DNA of 64,000 nucleotides from Narcine bancroftii (lineage: Eukaryota), in contig NC_091471.1 of NCBI RefSeq assembly GCF_036971445.1, forward strand, positions 169,756,001 through 169,820,000. The letters run 5' to 3'. A program made the translations under genes and the position numbers. The notes under the pieces were generated by a model. It was not told where the DNA came from and did not search any database. It worked only from the letters and a program-made list of their open reading frames with translations. Positions within the stretch are counted from its first letter, which is position 1. Each line of letters begins with the position of its first letter. Positions 1 to 13,108 of this stretch are shown here, one piece after another.

Positions 1-99
1 TTGCCTTCTGTAATAAAATCCTTCTCTATCAGAACTGTGTCCAGAATCCCTGCCTTTGAGACCTACCAAACCTGTTTCCTCACTCACAACAGAGGGTAA

Positions 100-1478
100 C
101 TCGTGTTGTTTTAAAAAGGGCTCCAAAAGTAAACCAGGAAATTACAGGCTGATGAGGCTTTCATCAGTAGTAGGTAAGTTATGGGATGCTGTTGTGAGAG
201 AGAGGATATACAAGTATTTAGACAACCAAGGGCTGATTAAGAATAGTCAGCATGGCTTTGTGCGTGGTAGGTCGTGTTCAACAAAATATAGTTTTTCTTT
301 TGAGGAGGTTACCAAGAAAGTAGATGAAGGAAAGGCTGTAAATGTTGTCTACATGGACTTTACTAAGGCCTTTGACAAGGTCCCACATGGGAACTTAGTT
401 CAGAACATTCAGACGCAAAGTATCCATGGAGAGTTTGCAAATTGGATTTGAAATTGGTTGTATTGGAGAAGTCAGAGAGTGGTAGTGGATGATGCTTCTC
501 AGGCTGGAGTCCTGTGACTAGTGGTGTGCCTCAGGGATTGGTGCTGGGACCATTGTTGCTTGTTGTCTATATCAATGATCTGGATGATAATGTGAGAAAA
601 TCGATCAGCAAATTTGCTGATGACACTAAGATTGAGGGGATTGTGGACAGTGAGAAAGGCTTGCAGAGGAATCTGGACCAACAGGAAAAAATAGGAAAAA
701 ATGGCAGATGGAATTTAATGTAGACAAGTGTGAGGTGCATTTTGGAAGGACAAACCAAGGTAGAACATAAATATAATAAATAGTATGGCACTGAGGAGTG
801 TGAACAAACAAAGGGATCTGGGAATACAGATACATAATTCCCTGAAAGCAGTGTCACAGGTAGACAGGGTTGTAAATAAACTTTTAGCATCTTGGCCTTC
901 ATGAATCAAAATATTGATATTATGGTGAGGTTGTAAAAGACATTGATGAGGCCAAATTTGAAGTATTGTGTGCATTTCTGGTCCAAACTATAGGAAAGAC
1001 ATCAATAAGATTGAAGGAGGGCAGAGAAGATTTACTAGGATGTTTCCGGGTCTTCAGGAGTTGAGGTACAGGGAAAGATTAAACAGGTTGGGACTTTATT
1101 CTTTACAGCATAGGAGAATGAAGGGAGATTTGGTAGAGTTTTACAAAATTATGAGGGGTATAGACAGTAAATGCGAGAAGGCTCTTTCCACTTAAATTAG
1201 GAGAGATAAATATGAGAGGACATGAGTTTAGGGTGAAAGGTTTGGGGGAATGTTAGGGGGAAACCACTTTACTTAGAGAGTGGTGGGAGTTTGGAATGTG
1301 CGGCAACCTGATGTGATGAATATGGGCTCACTCTTAAGTTATTAGAATAAATTGGATGGATAGAAGGAAGAGGTCTGGAAGTTATGGAATGGATGCAGGT
1401 CAGTGGGACTAGCGGAATGATGTTTTGGCACACTAGAAGGCCCGAATGGTCTGTTTTATAATTTCTATGTAATCTATT
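100..1478 (+). mobile_element. CR1 LINE, 5'-truncated and degenerate (RT domain to 3' UTR)
   Basis: Broken ORFs carry CR1 RT motifs: [77 protein letters not shown]. Multiple frameshifts. Confidence 0.9.
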
Positions 1479-1487
1479 TCAGTCAAA

Positions 1488-2000
1488 TAAAAACAGAAAA
1501 TGCTGGAGATACTTAGCAAGTCAAGCAGAATCTGTAGAAAGAGAAACAGAATTAATTCTCATGAGTAATTCACTTTGAACCAGTTTAGTGAGAAAGGAAG
1601 TAAGATTTAAAATTGCAGAAATTCTGGGAGAGGAGAAGAAATGGACAGCGCAAAGGGGATGAAACAATTTAGGGTGAACAAAGCAACAAGGTCTGATAGA
1701 AATTCTGCCAGATAGAGGAGCAGAGACTCCCCGAGATTTATATTTCAGGAGGAGGAGCCATTTGAAATCCAACAGGGTTTTTGTTGGCTGTGGAAAAAAC
1801 ATTGGGCAGGACGCAGAGAAGATCTGTGCCCTTCTCCCCCCACATTTTTAATCAGACATCTGCCTGTTTTATTCTTACTCCTGAAGAAGGGTCCTGGCTT
1901 GAAACCTTGGTTACATTTTAGCATGTGTGGATGCTATGAGTTTTTTCCAGCACATTTGTATATTGCACTTGACCCTAGCTTATCCAGTTTTTCTTTATTC
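1488..2000. mobile_element. Pair of oppositely oriented Penelope-like terminal (pLTR) fragments
   Basis: 1488-1555 (tgctggagatacttagcaagtcaagcagaatctgtag) is the reverse of the motif at 18820-18860. 1850-2000 is the forward copy with a CTGAAGA-AGGG..-GAAA core at 1881-1904 and resembles 12630-12760. Confidence 0.6.
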
Positions 2001-2614
2001 TTAAAAAAAAGTGTTATTGGATCTTGCACCTCAACTGAGAGGTGTGATGTCTCATTTGAAATTTAATTTTGTGTCATTTTTTGTGAACTGCTTTGAAAGG
2101 TAGGTTGAAACCTTTGAAGCGGAGAATTAACCCTTAACCTTCCATGTCAGAGATGTCAATATTAACACTCTCCCATTAGTAAGCAAGCACATCATGTATG
2201 TAGTACCTGGGAAAAAGAAATGTTACACCATGCTCTATACTGGAGAACATTAATGATATTCATTCGAAGTATTTGGATGCTTTGTGCCAAGATAAAATTA
2301 ATGGGTTGCAGCAGATTCATCTGTTGGTCTCAAAGTGGCAGATGTTATCCAATGTGGAAACTGCTGTGTTAGTAATGTTGTGCCAGGCAACACATTGCAC
2401 ATCTGTCCCATATGAGAATATAAAAGGAATTCAAGAAGTGCCATTGACCATCCATAAAAATTTCAAAAACAACATGAAGTAATTACAGGGGAAATGAATA
2501 CAAGGCATTACTGCTCAGTGGTGTGAAACAGTCAGTGTGTCTTACACCGCTAACAATGGTGCAGGACAGAGGCTCTTCATTTTGTATGGAGGCAATTAAA
2601 TTAACATTCAGATT

Positions 2615-3890
2615 CAGTTCAAGTTCAAAATTATTATCATCTGACTGCACATGTACAACCAGATGAACCAGTGTTTCACATATGGTGCACACATGTACGC
2701 ATATAATGCAGAGTACAAAATACTTGTGTATGCATAAATATATAATATGAAATGAATACATATAAATAGCAATGAGGGAGATGATATCAGCTCCTTGAAT
2801 GGTGTAAAGACAACAACCTTGTGCTCAACGTTAGTAAACCAAGGAGATGATTGTGGACTTCAGGGGGAAGTCAGGGGAATACAACCCAGTCCTCATCAAG
2901 GGCTCAGTAGTGGAGAGGGTCAAGAACTTCAAATTCCTAGGTGTCAACATATCTGAGGATCTGTCCTAGAGCCTCCACATTGATGCAATCACAAAGAAGG
3001 CTCACCAGTGGCTATATTTTGCGAGGTGTCTGAGGAGATTCAATATGTCACCGAAAACTCCTGCTAATTTCTACAGATGTAGAATGCAGAGCATTCTGGC
3101 CGGTTGCATCACTGCCTGGTATGGAGGCGCCAATTCTCAGAACAAGAATAAACTCCAGAGGGTTGTTAACTTGGCCTGTGATATCGCAGGCACAAGACTT
3201 CACTCTATTGAGGACGTCTATATGAGGCGGTGTCTTAAAAAAGCAGCCTCTATGCTCAAGGACCCCCACCACCCAAGCCATGGCCTCTTCACTCTGCTAC
3301 CACTGGGGAAAAAGGTACAGGAGGCTAAAGGTGAGTACTCAGCTACACAGGGACAGCTTCTTCCCCACTGCCCTCAGATTCCTGAATAATCAATGAACCA
3401 AAGACACTGCCTTATTTTTATGCACTGTTATTTTTATGTATTATTATGGTAATGTTGTGAGATGGTTATAATAGGAATGTTTTCACTCTGATGTTGCTGC
3501 AAACACTGAGTTTCATGGCTTGTTCATGACAATAAATTCCGATTCTAAATATTTAAGTATAATTTTCTTATTTCATGTCTGAGTGACCCAAGGTTACAGG
3601 CACCATTCATCGATGTTACAGCCTGTGGGAAAAGTTATTTCACAGCCTGGTATTCCTGATTTTGATATTCCTGTGCCTCCTTCCTGATGGTCAAATATCC
3701 TGAGTGATGGATGATAGGGGTCCTCAATATTTGTTTGAGCCCTATTTAAGCATCAATCTCAGTGAATTTTATCAGTAGAGAAAAGGGAGACCCCAGTCAT
3801 CTTCTCAGCCACTTTAATGATCCTCTGTATTAACTTCCAATGTGATGCTTTGCAGCTACCATTCTACACAATGATGCAACCTGACAGGAC
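2615..3890 (-). mobile_element. Old Rex1/Babar-like LINE 3' part, split by the + strand Rex1 insertion at 2769-3545
   Basis: The tail (ttcaagttcaaaattattatcatctgactgc) at 2615-2700 matches 62305-62372. The body resumes at about 3590 (acagcctgtgggaaaag...) and matches 63830-64000. Confidence 0.55.
2769..3545 (+). mobile_element. Rex1/Babar-like LINE, 5'-truncated
   Basis: Encodes LNVSKTKEMIVDF-like and FYRC..ESILAGCITAWYG..LQRVV..LKDPHHP motifs. It ends caataaattccgattc, with a possible taaata duplication at 2763-2768 and 3546-3551. Confidence 0.85.
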
Positions 3891-4784
3891 AGGATTCTGT
3901 ACAGTTTCAGACATGTGTTGAATCACTGATAGTCATAGTGTAGAAACTTTATAAACTCACTGTACAAGAAGGGCAACGTACTTGGCAAATTAGGGGACAG
4001 GAAATTATTCTGAAAACAGCTGCATTCATTGTTCTAATCTAAACTTCCATCCATTGAATATCTTGGAGAAAGTAGAAGCTCAACAAGTTTGAGATTTATC
4101 TAATGCTAGTCTAACATCAACATGGTTGATCTGTAACTACTTTCTGAACTGTCCAAGCACAATCCAACAGCATTCTTAAGAAAGTGATCAATCATGTCTT
4201 CTCTAACATAGCTGAGAATCAGCCATAAATGCCACCTTTGTTTGTGATGCCTACATTCTGAGAATGAATAGAAAGCTTTCCCTTTGGAAAACTTTGATGT
4301 GAAAGTGGTATCTACAAACATGAATGTGTAGGTCCCACCAGTTAGGTTCTGAGTAACTTTCACACTAATGCCGATTGTCCACAGACACTTTAGATAGAGG
4401 CAATATAAAACATTGATTGGTTGTTTAAATACTTAACTGAATTTGAAAATTCCAAAAATTACCTACATGTTCAAGAGAGGTGGCATGAAAAATGATGAAC
4501 AGAATGACCTGCTTTCATAAGCATTAAACATATCTTTCTTAGCTCAGAAATAGTCCTAAACATGCGAGGTTGCTGACCAAAATACACAAAGCAGGTTTGA
4601 AGAATTGTGTTGTGCATTGTTTAGGAATGTATCAATGATTATGACATCGAAGTGACAACTTTTCATGGTGTGCTCATTGAGTTTTTTTATTGCTTTGGTA
4701 TCAAAAATAATTGGACAAAGCAGATGCTAGTCCTTAAACAACCAGTTAAATGACTTTTACCAAAAGGATCTGAGGTGGCTCATT

Positions 4785-5200
4785 TGTACTTTCCCAGGGA
4801 TAATAAGGTACAGGAACCTGAATTCCAGCATCTCTAGGATTAAGAACAGTTTTTATTCTCAACAGTTTATCAAGGTACACCAGCCTGAAGTCTGGCACCT
4901 CTCGGTTCAAGAAGAGTTTTATTCCAACAGCTATTAAGCTCTTAAACCTGTTTATATTGCTTGAACCATAGCATTACTTCAAGATCTGTATTACTGGCTG
5001 AACACTTTTTGCATAATCAGCTAACTGTGACTATTTATCATTTATTATTTATTTTCATTACTCATTTTTATATTTATTCTTTATTTTGTGGCATCCTATC
5101 ATATTTAATTGTTGTTTGCGTGTTTTATATTACTGGAAAGCTGCAGGGAGAGATTCATTGTATCTGTACATTATACATATGAATATGACAAATAAACTCT
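4785..5200 (+). mobile_element. Rex1-like LINE 3' end with a local ~70-bp tandem duplication
   Basis: The segment aaggtac...aagaacagttt(t)tattc..aacag occurs twice in succession (about 4805-4865 and 4872-4930). A 3' UTR ending acaaataaact follows. Confidence 0.5.
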
Positions 5201-5494
5201 CAGAAATACTAATCATTAGGGAAAGGCATTAAATGCAAAAGTAGACCACATTGCTGAATGAGAAAAACTCACTATAGCATGAAGATTTTAGTCCTGTTTT
5301 AGGAAATACCATAGAGAGTGTGAAATAAAGTTTAATCAAAATAATGCTAGTATTTTGGGAAATTATAGTTTGGCAGGGAGCATAGGATTGTGGGAATATT
5401 TGTACTGAATTATAAACAACTAAAGGTGATTTTAATGATAATTGATTAAAAAAAAAAATTCACTACATGATATAAGCCAATTTTAGCATTTGAA

Positions 5495-5660
5495 ACCCCA
5501 CATTTTTTTTTAGAAGGTGGAAGGTTCCCAGAGCACACAGCAAAAATCCATGCAGGTCATGGGGAGATCCTATAAACTCCTTGCAGACAGTACCAGATTC
5601 GAACAGTGCCTCTGGCACTGTAATAAAGTGGCACTAACCGCTACATTAACTGTGCCGCTC
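5495..5660 (-). mobile_element. tRNA-derived V-SINE (HE1-like)
   Basis: The reverse complement gives a tRNA-like head (gcggcacagttaatgtagcggttag...gttcgaatc) followed by a V-domain-like ggagttt..atctccccatgacctgcatgg. Similar copies lie at 47.5, 49.7, 53.4 and 61.9 kb. Confidence 0.75.
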
Positions 5661-6764
5661 AAAGGATTCAAACTTTGAGAATGTAGTGCATTTTGCAGTT
5701 GTAACTGTACATGTTTAATGCTATCAACTGGAGATGAATTTGTGAACACCAGGATAACATTGTGAAGAGGGGTAAAAATATTTCCTCTTTTTGGAATTCA
5801 GTGACCAAGAGTTGTGCAAAAAATTATGGAAATTTGTTGGTGATGAATGCCATCCTTGATTCAAATTATGTTTGAATCACTGGTTGCAGGAATGATGCAT
5901 TTAACAAAGACAGCAATAACCAGCCCATTTGCAAAAGAACATTAGAGAGAAAAAGAAACACTGTTGATTTATTACCACACAATGAAATGCGTTCAGGTTT
6001 AAAATGTGTTACAGATGGATGAAATTACAGGAAAGCAAAGACAGAATGAAATGCGTAACCTTCAATTAGCATTTACAGCTTCAGCTGGACTCTTTCCTTT
6101 GTCACAACATGGAGGCGATTAAACTGAAATAAATTGAGTGCTGTTTGCTTTTCTTTAACCCACGCAAGGCTTTGGGGCACATTAAAGTTTTGTTTGTCAG
6201 CAGATTAAGTCTGACCAAGAGAATATGGATGAGTGGTGCCAAAATAAAATATCCACCTCTTTGAAAGGGAGGGCTAATTTTCCAGATTTCTATAACTTTG
6301 CCCCATCTTATATGATAAAGGGAGATGGCTTTGCTGCAGGTAAATCCATGTCAAATGAACACACAAGCAAACCACAGACAGTCCATGATAATTCTCCTTG
6401 CTCATTTCATGAGCACCAAAGTTGCTTTGGTCATTTGGGCAGTGTTATTAAAAAGCAGTATGTGTGTTTGGTTATTTCATCAAATGATCCTGTTCTCAAT
6501 ATGTAGCTTTATGATGATTTTGGAAAAGATGATTCTTGAGGTCTGACTGTACCTCTCTTGACTGCAAGTGCTTGAGGAAAATCTATTGATAGTTTAGTCA
6601 GGCACCCATGTCCCAACCTGGAGGAAGATTGGAAGTTCCCATTGGCGTTACAGTTGTTACAAAATGGTGGTTAGGCTGTACTGGGAGTATTGCCCACAGG
6701 TCTGAGCACCACACTACAGGAAAGATATGATTAAGTCAGAGATAATGCAAAATTGACTTGTAAG

Positions 6765-6880
6765 GATGCTGCAGAGAGATGCTGGAATCTGGAGCAAATA
6801 CAATCCACTGGAGGATCTCAACGGATCGACCAGCATCTGCTGGAGCAAAAGAAAGGTTGGAACCCTTCATCGAGACTTGA
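6765..6880 (-). mobile_element. Penelope-like terminal fragment
   Basis: gatgctggaatctggagc...ctggaggatctcaacgg...cagcatctg...aacccttcatcgagac is the reverse of the terminal motif at 12630-12760. Confidence 0.6.
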
Positions 6881-8759
6881 AAAAGGGCTGCTGTGCAACA
6901 TATTTGAACTGCTGTAATGTGAGGTAAAGGCCCTCCCAGAATGCTGCTAAGTAAGGAACAAAGCATTTTACTTCCTCCTCACAAATTGACTTCCACCTGT
7001 TTCCTTCAATGAATTGTCAAACTTCATTGTCCCTTTCCTTTGGGAATACTGCTTAAAAAAAATAATTTAAGACCTTGTCTCTATTTTCAAGCTCCATGCA
7101 CAGATTGCTCCTGTTGTCCCTAATGCACCCTAATTTGTTTTGCTGGTTATTCCTTACCCATTGATATTCTTATAGAATACCTTCAGATTTTGCTTTGGAT
7201 ATTCTGTGTCTCCTTCTGACAGATGCAAGATATTTGTTTGATATCTCTGTCATTTTCTTTTTACCACAACAACATGGTTTGTTTTTCAGTTTCCTGTGGA
7301 ACATTTTGAGTTTATGTTTCTTGTAAAATTACTCTGATTTTCTATTTCCTTTTTTCATTAAGAATTCCAAAGGATTTTTATTGAGGACTGAATTGCCCTC
7401 CAACTAAACTGATTTTAACTGAAGAGAGGCTTTGTTCTTCAACCAATCGTGTTTCTGCTGGAGAAACCTTGAGATCTTAAGATTTAGATCTGCTCAGATT
7501 AGAAGGTCGATGTTTATTGGTCTTTTGTTTTCCTCTCCATCGGTTCAGACAAAGGGTCAACAAAACACCTTTCATCTGCACTTTGATTTTCTGGACAATT
7601 TTCATTCTTTTGTGTTCAGTCCCAGGTTGTGGTTCACTGCAAAGAAATCATTTGCTGAAAGAAGGTCTAAAAGTAGGTTTATAAATAAAATAACAAAAAG
7701 CAATGAAAAGTCAGGGAACAGTAGAATAACAAGAACAATGTTATCACAACACTTGAATAATCAGGCATAGAGCTTTGAGGTTCAAGGTTCCTTTTATTGA
7801 CACCAAATAATATATAAAATATACATGATGTACTTCCTCTTTTGACTGCTGTAAGGCAAAGTGTCACAATGAGCATTGCCTGGTGCCCCTAGAAATAAGA
7901 GAAAGAGAAGTAAAAGAGAGTCCCTTCAGTGTCACTGTGTGTCTGTGGATTTATCTCCAGTGCTCCCGTAGCACAGTCTCAGATCCAAACAATTAGGATG
8001 CCTTTGCACCCAAGGCCATTTCTTTCCCACTGCACCACCTTGAATCCTGGTTCTGGTACCTCATTTCCATGAGCCATTCTCCAGCAGACCGCAACTTGGG
8101 TGGGTTCTCGAACCGCAAGTCACCAGCAACCATTTAGCAGCTGAGCCCCTTGCTGGTACTGTGGCGTGGTTACCTTCCCTGTAGGGTCATCTCCCATTGC
8201 TTCTCCTTCTCAATGGGGGGGGGGGGGGCTGTCCTCCCTGTATCTGGTGCCCTGCACTGGTCTGCTGCTCCCTGGACTCTGTACCCCTACCACAGGCACT
8301 GCCATCTTGGGCATAGATTTCCATGGTTGCAAAATTTTAAAACAAAATGCCATCGGCTCTTAAACAGGCTGTTTAAAGCATATATGGAGCTGTTGGCATT
8401 GGGACCAGACAGTAGGACCTGCTGCATCTCCACTTCCTGCTCTCAAGGGGACAGCAGCAGCCACAGCACCAACATTGCTACTCCTCATTTCTGCTGCCAG
8501 TTACAGTAGCTCTGGCAGCACCATCATTTCTTCTTCTCATTGGAAAATAACTTGAGTGAATTGGGATCAAAGGGAGACAGAAATTGTATCTTTGGTGCTT
8601 CCAACAAGTAGAAGGTGATTCTTCCTCTTCCAATGTCAGGCAGGGCCTTGTGGACTCTGGATTATGCATATGTTGAGGTGCTTTTACTATTCCCATGACA
8701 TAGCACATGTGGGAGCAATGCAGCAGCAAACAGATGCAAGGGTTACAGCTAGACCCTAT

Positions 8760-9354
8760 AAAACCAAGTCAGAGTTTTAGATTTTTGGATCATTGGAATC
8801 TCTTCTGGGAAGATGGGACCTATATAGATTGAATAGCTTACCCCTGAACTCGAGGGGGAGGAATATCTTTGTGGGCAGATTTGCTAGTGTGGTTCATGAG
8901 GGTTTAAACTAATTTGCAAGGGGGATGGGACCCAGAGCAATTGGTCAGTGGAAAAGGTGTATGACGTAAAGTCAGATCTATCATGTAGAGAGGCTTTGAG
9001 GAAGGAGAAGCAGAATATAGGGTATAAAAGTAATAAGGTAGAAGAGCTAAAGTGCATATACTTGATTACAAGAAGCATTAGGAATAAGGGTGATGAACTA
9101 AGAGCTTGGATACTTGTATGGTAATATGTAATGGTCATTACAGAGATCTGACTGGCACCCAGGCAATAATGGATTCTAAATATTCCTGGATTTCAGTGTT
9201 TTAAAAGGGATGGGGGGGGGGGGGTGGTGGTGAAGGAATTACTTGTCAGGGATACTACTACTACTGCTGCAGAAAGGGTGGGTAATGAGCAGGATCCTCT
9301 TTTGAGTCAGTATGGATAAAAGTTAGGAACAGGAAGGGAACACTTACTCTATTG
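8760..9354 (+). mobile_element. CR1 internal fragment (ORF1 esterase C-terminus and ORF2 endonuclease start)
   Basis: Translates to FLDHWNLF..WDLYR..LN (SGNH-esterase-type ORF1 end), then a CIYL..RSIRNKGDELRAW / TE.WL APE-like start. Confidence 0.8.
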
Positions 9355-9636
9355 TGGTATGTGAGTGGAAAGAAAAAGGTTAAAAATCACTGTTTTAATC
9401 ATACCTAATTGACTCATTATGTACATGGTTTCCTAACTCCAAAGGAAATGAACCAATGGCAATTTTTATCAAGCAAACTATTTCGGTAACAACTGGGTCT
9501 AAGGCAGTGATTCTCAATCTTCCCTCCCTACTCACATACCACCATAAGAATCCCTTACTACTCACAGAGCACTTAAGGCATAGGGATTGCTTAAGGTGGA
9601 ATGTGAGTGTTAGGAGGGCAGTTTGAAAACCACTCC
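9355..9636. mobile_element. Composite hAT MITE, truncated on the left (same family as 52452-52826)
   Basis: Reverse-complement match to the 52452-52826 element: partial unit, same spacer, full palindromic unit. Confidence 0.85.
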
Positions 9637-11300
9637 CTTCACGTAACTCTGTCTCCTGTTCTGTCTCGTTCCCTGATAGGAGATCCATTATTGCGCTCTC
9701 TTTAGTTGGTACCTCTATATATTGATTTAGAAAAGTTTACTGAACACATTTGACATACTCCAAGCCATCCAGATCTTTCACAGTATTGGAATTCCACATG
9801 TGGAAAATTAAAATCTCCTACTATCACAACCATGTGTTTCCTGCAGCTGTCTGCTATCTCTCTGCAGATTTTCTCCTCCGATTTGTTGACCATTGGGCGG
9901 TCTATAATATAACCCCATGAGTGTGGACATTTCTTTCTTGTTCCTCAGCTTCACCCATGTAGCTTCAGTAGACAAGACCTCTGGCCTGTCCTGTCTGAGC
10001 ACAGCTATGATATTTTCCCTGATGAAAATGCCACTCCTCCCCCTTTCATCCCCCTGTTCTATTGTGTCTAAAGCAATGGAAGCCCGGAACATTGAGCTGC
10101 CAGTCTTGCTCCTCCTGCAACCAGGTTTCACTAAGGGCCACAATGTCATAATTGCATGTGCCAATCCACACTCTAAGTCACCTGCCTCTTCTACAATACT
10201 CCTTGCATTAAAATAGATGCACTTGAGAACATTTACACCACGAACAACCCATTGATTTCTAACCACGCATTCAATTTTCACATCATCTTTTCTCTCATCC
10301 ACTCCTTTATCTGCTTTGGCACTCTGGATCCCATCCACCTGTATCTAGTTTAAACCAACTGGAGCCGCACTAGTAAACCTTCCTGCAAGGATATTAGTTC
10401 CCCTCCAGTTCAGATACAAACTATCCCATCGGAACAGGTCCCACTTTCCCTGGAAGAGACCCCAATGATCCAGAAACAGGAACCCCTCCCTCCTGCACCA
10501 TGTCTTTAGCCACCTTTTAAGCTACATTATCCTCCAATTTCTAACCCTACTATCACGTGGCATAGGTAGCAATACTGAGACTAAAAGTGTTGTGGTCTTG
10601 TCCTTCAACTTAGTACTTAACTCCCTGATCTCTCCTTGCAGGGCCTCCTCACCTTTCTTACCCACATTATTGGTCCCCACATGAACCACGACATCTGGCT
10701 ATGCACCCACCCTCCTGAGAATGCCGTGAACTTGATCTGAGATATCTTTGATCCTGGCACCAGGGAGGCAACATACCACCTAGGATACTCGATCTCTTCC
10801 AGAGCCTCTTCATTTTTTCCCTTAACTATGGAATTGCCTATCACAACAGCTCACATCTTCTCCTCCCTTCTCTTCTTAGCCACAGAACCAAACTCCATAT
10901 CAGATACCTGATCTCCGTGGCTTGTTCCTGGTAGGTCTATTCCCCCCCCAAAAAAAAAACAGTATCCAAAATGGTATATCTGTTTGAGGGCAACAGCCAC
11001 AGGGGGGGCCCTGCATTGGCTGGCTGTTCCCTTTCCCTCTCCTGACTTTCACCCATCTTTCCTCCTCTTGCCTCCTAGGTGTGTAGTGTCCCTGTAACTC
11101 TTCGCTATCACCCCCTCTGCCTCCTGAATGATCCAGAGTTCATCCAACTCCAGTTCCAATTCCTTATCTCCGCTTGTCAGGAGCTGTAGCTGGATGTACA
11201 TTTCAAAGATGAAATCATCAGGGATACTCTTGGCTTCCCTGACAATTCACATTCTGCAAGAGGGGCTTTCCCCTGCCTTAACTGCCATTCCCACTGTTTA
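9637..11300 (-). mobile_element. CR1 5' half (ORF1 Zn-finger/coiled-coil/esterase and ORF2 APE endonuclease)
   Basis: ORF1 start near 11288 with SCRM..IPDDF..LQLL..ELELELDEL and the esterase-like IGNSIV. ORF2 contains LKCIYFNARSI, GLYYRPPN, VIVGDFNFP and DLL.GNE. Confidence 0.9.
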
Positions 11301-12079
11301 CGACAAATAAACAAAAATGCTTACAACATTTTTTTAATTGCCAAAGTAGATTTTTCATCATTAGCTTGAAGGGAATGATCTGAAATCTTATTTAAAATTG
11401 TATAACTTTTGAAATACATACAAAGTATTTGAATTGCATCCAATATTCTTTTTAATTTGGGCTTTGGCTCCTCAAACTAATTCACAAAGTAGATTGAGTA
11501 AGAACAGTTTCTGACCAGTCTGGGCACATTCCAGAGAAACAAGGACAACATAGCAGGCCAATCTGTGACAAAGTATGTTGACAAAATAGGCATGCTGCTC
11601 TTCCCACACCACAAGCACCATTCATTGCATCCTTCACTGGTTCATCTGTAGTGTGGAAATTCTCTGTGGATGGAATGAATATTTAGGGTCCTGGAACTGA
11701 AATGAACTTTGAAACATTTCAGGGTACACTCCTATCCAACCAGTGCCACATCAACAATTCGTGGCAGCTGTCTCATCCAAAACACAGCTACGCTGACAGA
11801 ACTTAAGAACAGAACCATATCAACAATAGATAGATTAACAGTTAACTAGCTCCCAAGTGAATAATCAACATAAATGCTAGACATTTGAGGAGAGTTAGGA
11901 AATATATGGTGTTCGTGGAAATCTTATTGGGAGAGGATTTTGCCCTTGATTTCTTGTGATCAATATATATTAGTCTTGCCTCCATGTCTGGTCTAATCCT
12001 GCTGAGAGCAAGTTTAAAAAAAGATCTCATTGCACCTTTGCTCCTGCTGATCATTTTGTTGCTATAATTTGCCCTGATG

Positions 12080-12440
12080 CAGAAACAGGAAAAGACCAGT
12101 CATGTCTGTTCTGCCATTCAATCTGTACTTCAAATCAATAATTCATGATGACCACTCAACAAAAAAAAACCTTCAATCCCACTCTTGAAAAGTTCAAAGA
12201 CGATGCCAATCCAGCCTTTCGGGAGACTTCCAGATTTGTGCTACCTTTCGTGTGAACTAAGTTCTTTCTTTTCTTTGCAACTACTTTGAGACTTCCCCTT
12301 TGATCTGCACCCGCCACCAAGAAGAAACTCTTTATCTTATTAAAAACTTTAATTGGATCACCCGTCAACCTTTTAAACTTAAATGAATAGAATCCAAGCT
12401 TTATAAAGCTTTCCTATTTAACCTTCAAAGTCCTGGCCAA
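12080..12440 (-). mobile_element. Old CR1 3' fragment
   Basis: Degenerate GD.IKVF.KIK and cttgaaaagttcaaagacgatgcc resemble the other CR1 3' ends in the window. Confidence 0.5.
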
Positions 12441-12627
12441 TGCAAATAATGATGAGTGTTATTGTCATATACATAAGTATTTATTATATATTATATATAT
12501 AAAATTCTTATTTGCTGAAGCCAAACTTGTACATAAAATGCACAATATTCCAAAACAGAAAAACTCGAATGGATATGTAAATAAATATTCACAGTTGCAG
12601 TCAATGGAAGATAAAGAAGAGATATTT

Positions 12628-12762
12628 TAGTCTCCTGATGAAGGGCTCAGGCCAAAATATTGGTTACCTTTCACTTCATTTGGATGCTGCACAACCTGCT
12701 CTGTTCCTCCAGCATATTTGTGTCTTGCACTTAACCCCACCATCTGCTGAGTTTCTTGTTTA
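12628..12762 (+). mobile_element. Penelope-like terminal fragment with degenerate hammerhead core
   Basis: CTGATGA (12635-12641), AGGGCTCAGGCC, AAAA (GAAA probably lost by CpG decay), then gatgctgc..acctgct..gttcctccagca. Confidence 0.65.
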
Positions 12763-13108
12763 ACGATCATGCAGAAATGTCCCAGAATAGTTTATGGTTA
12801 AGGTAAGGGCATCAAGAGCCTGATAGCTGTTGGGGGGGAAAAAAACTTTTCTTAAACCTGGAGGTGCTGGACTTTATGCTTTTACATCTTCTGCCTGAAA
12901 TTTGTGGTGAGAAGAGATAGGGTCTTTTATAATTTTGGCTGCCTTCTTGAGGCATGACTCACACAGATGTTTTCAATGGACAGGAGGTGGGAGACCATGA
13001 TAGACTTGGCTAGGTTTGCCACTATCTGCAGTTTTCCACATTCCTGGACACCTGAGCTCCAAACCAGGCCATGATGCAACCAGTCTGTGTACTTTCCACA
13101 GTACTCAT

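Noticed and set aside
5600-5660. tRNA-like A/B boxes here and in similar copies
   Set aside because: They are SINE heads joined to V-domains and do not form a full cloverleaf.
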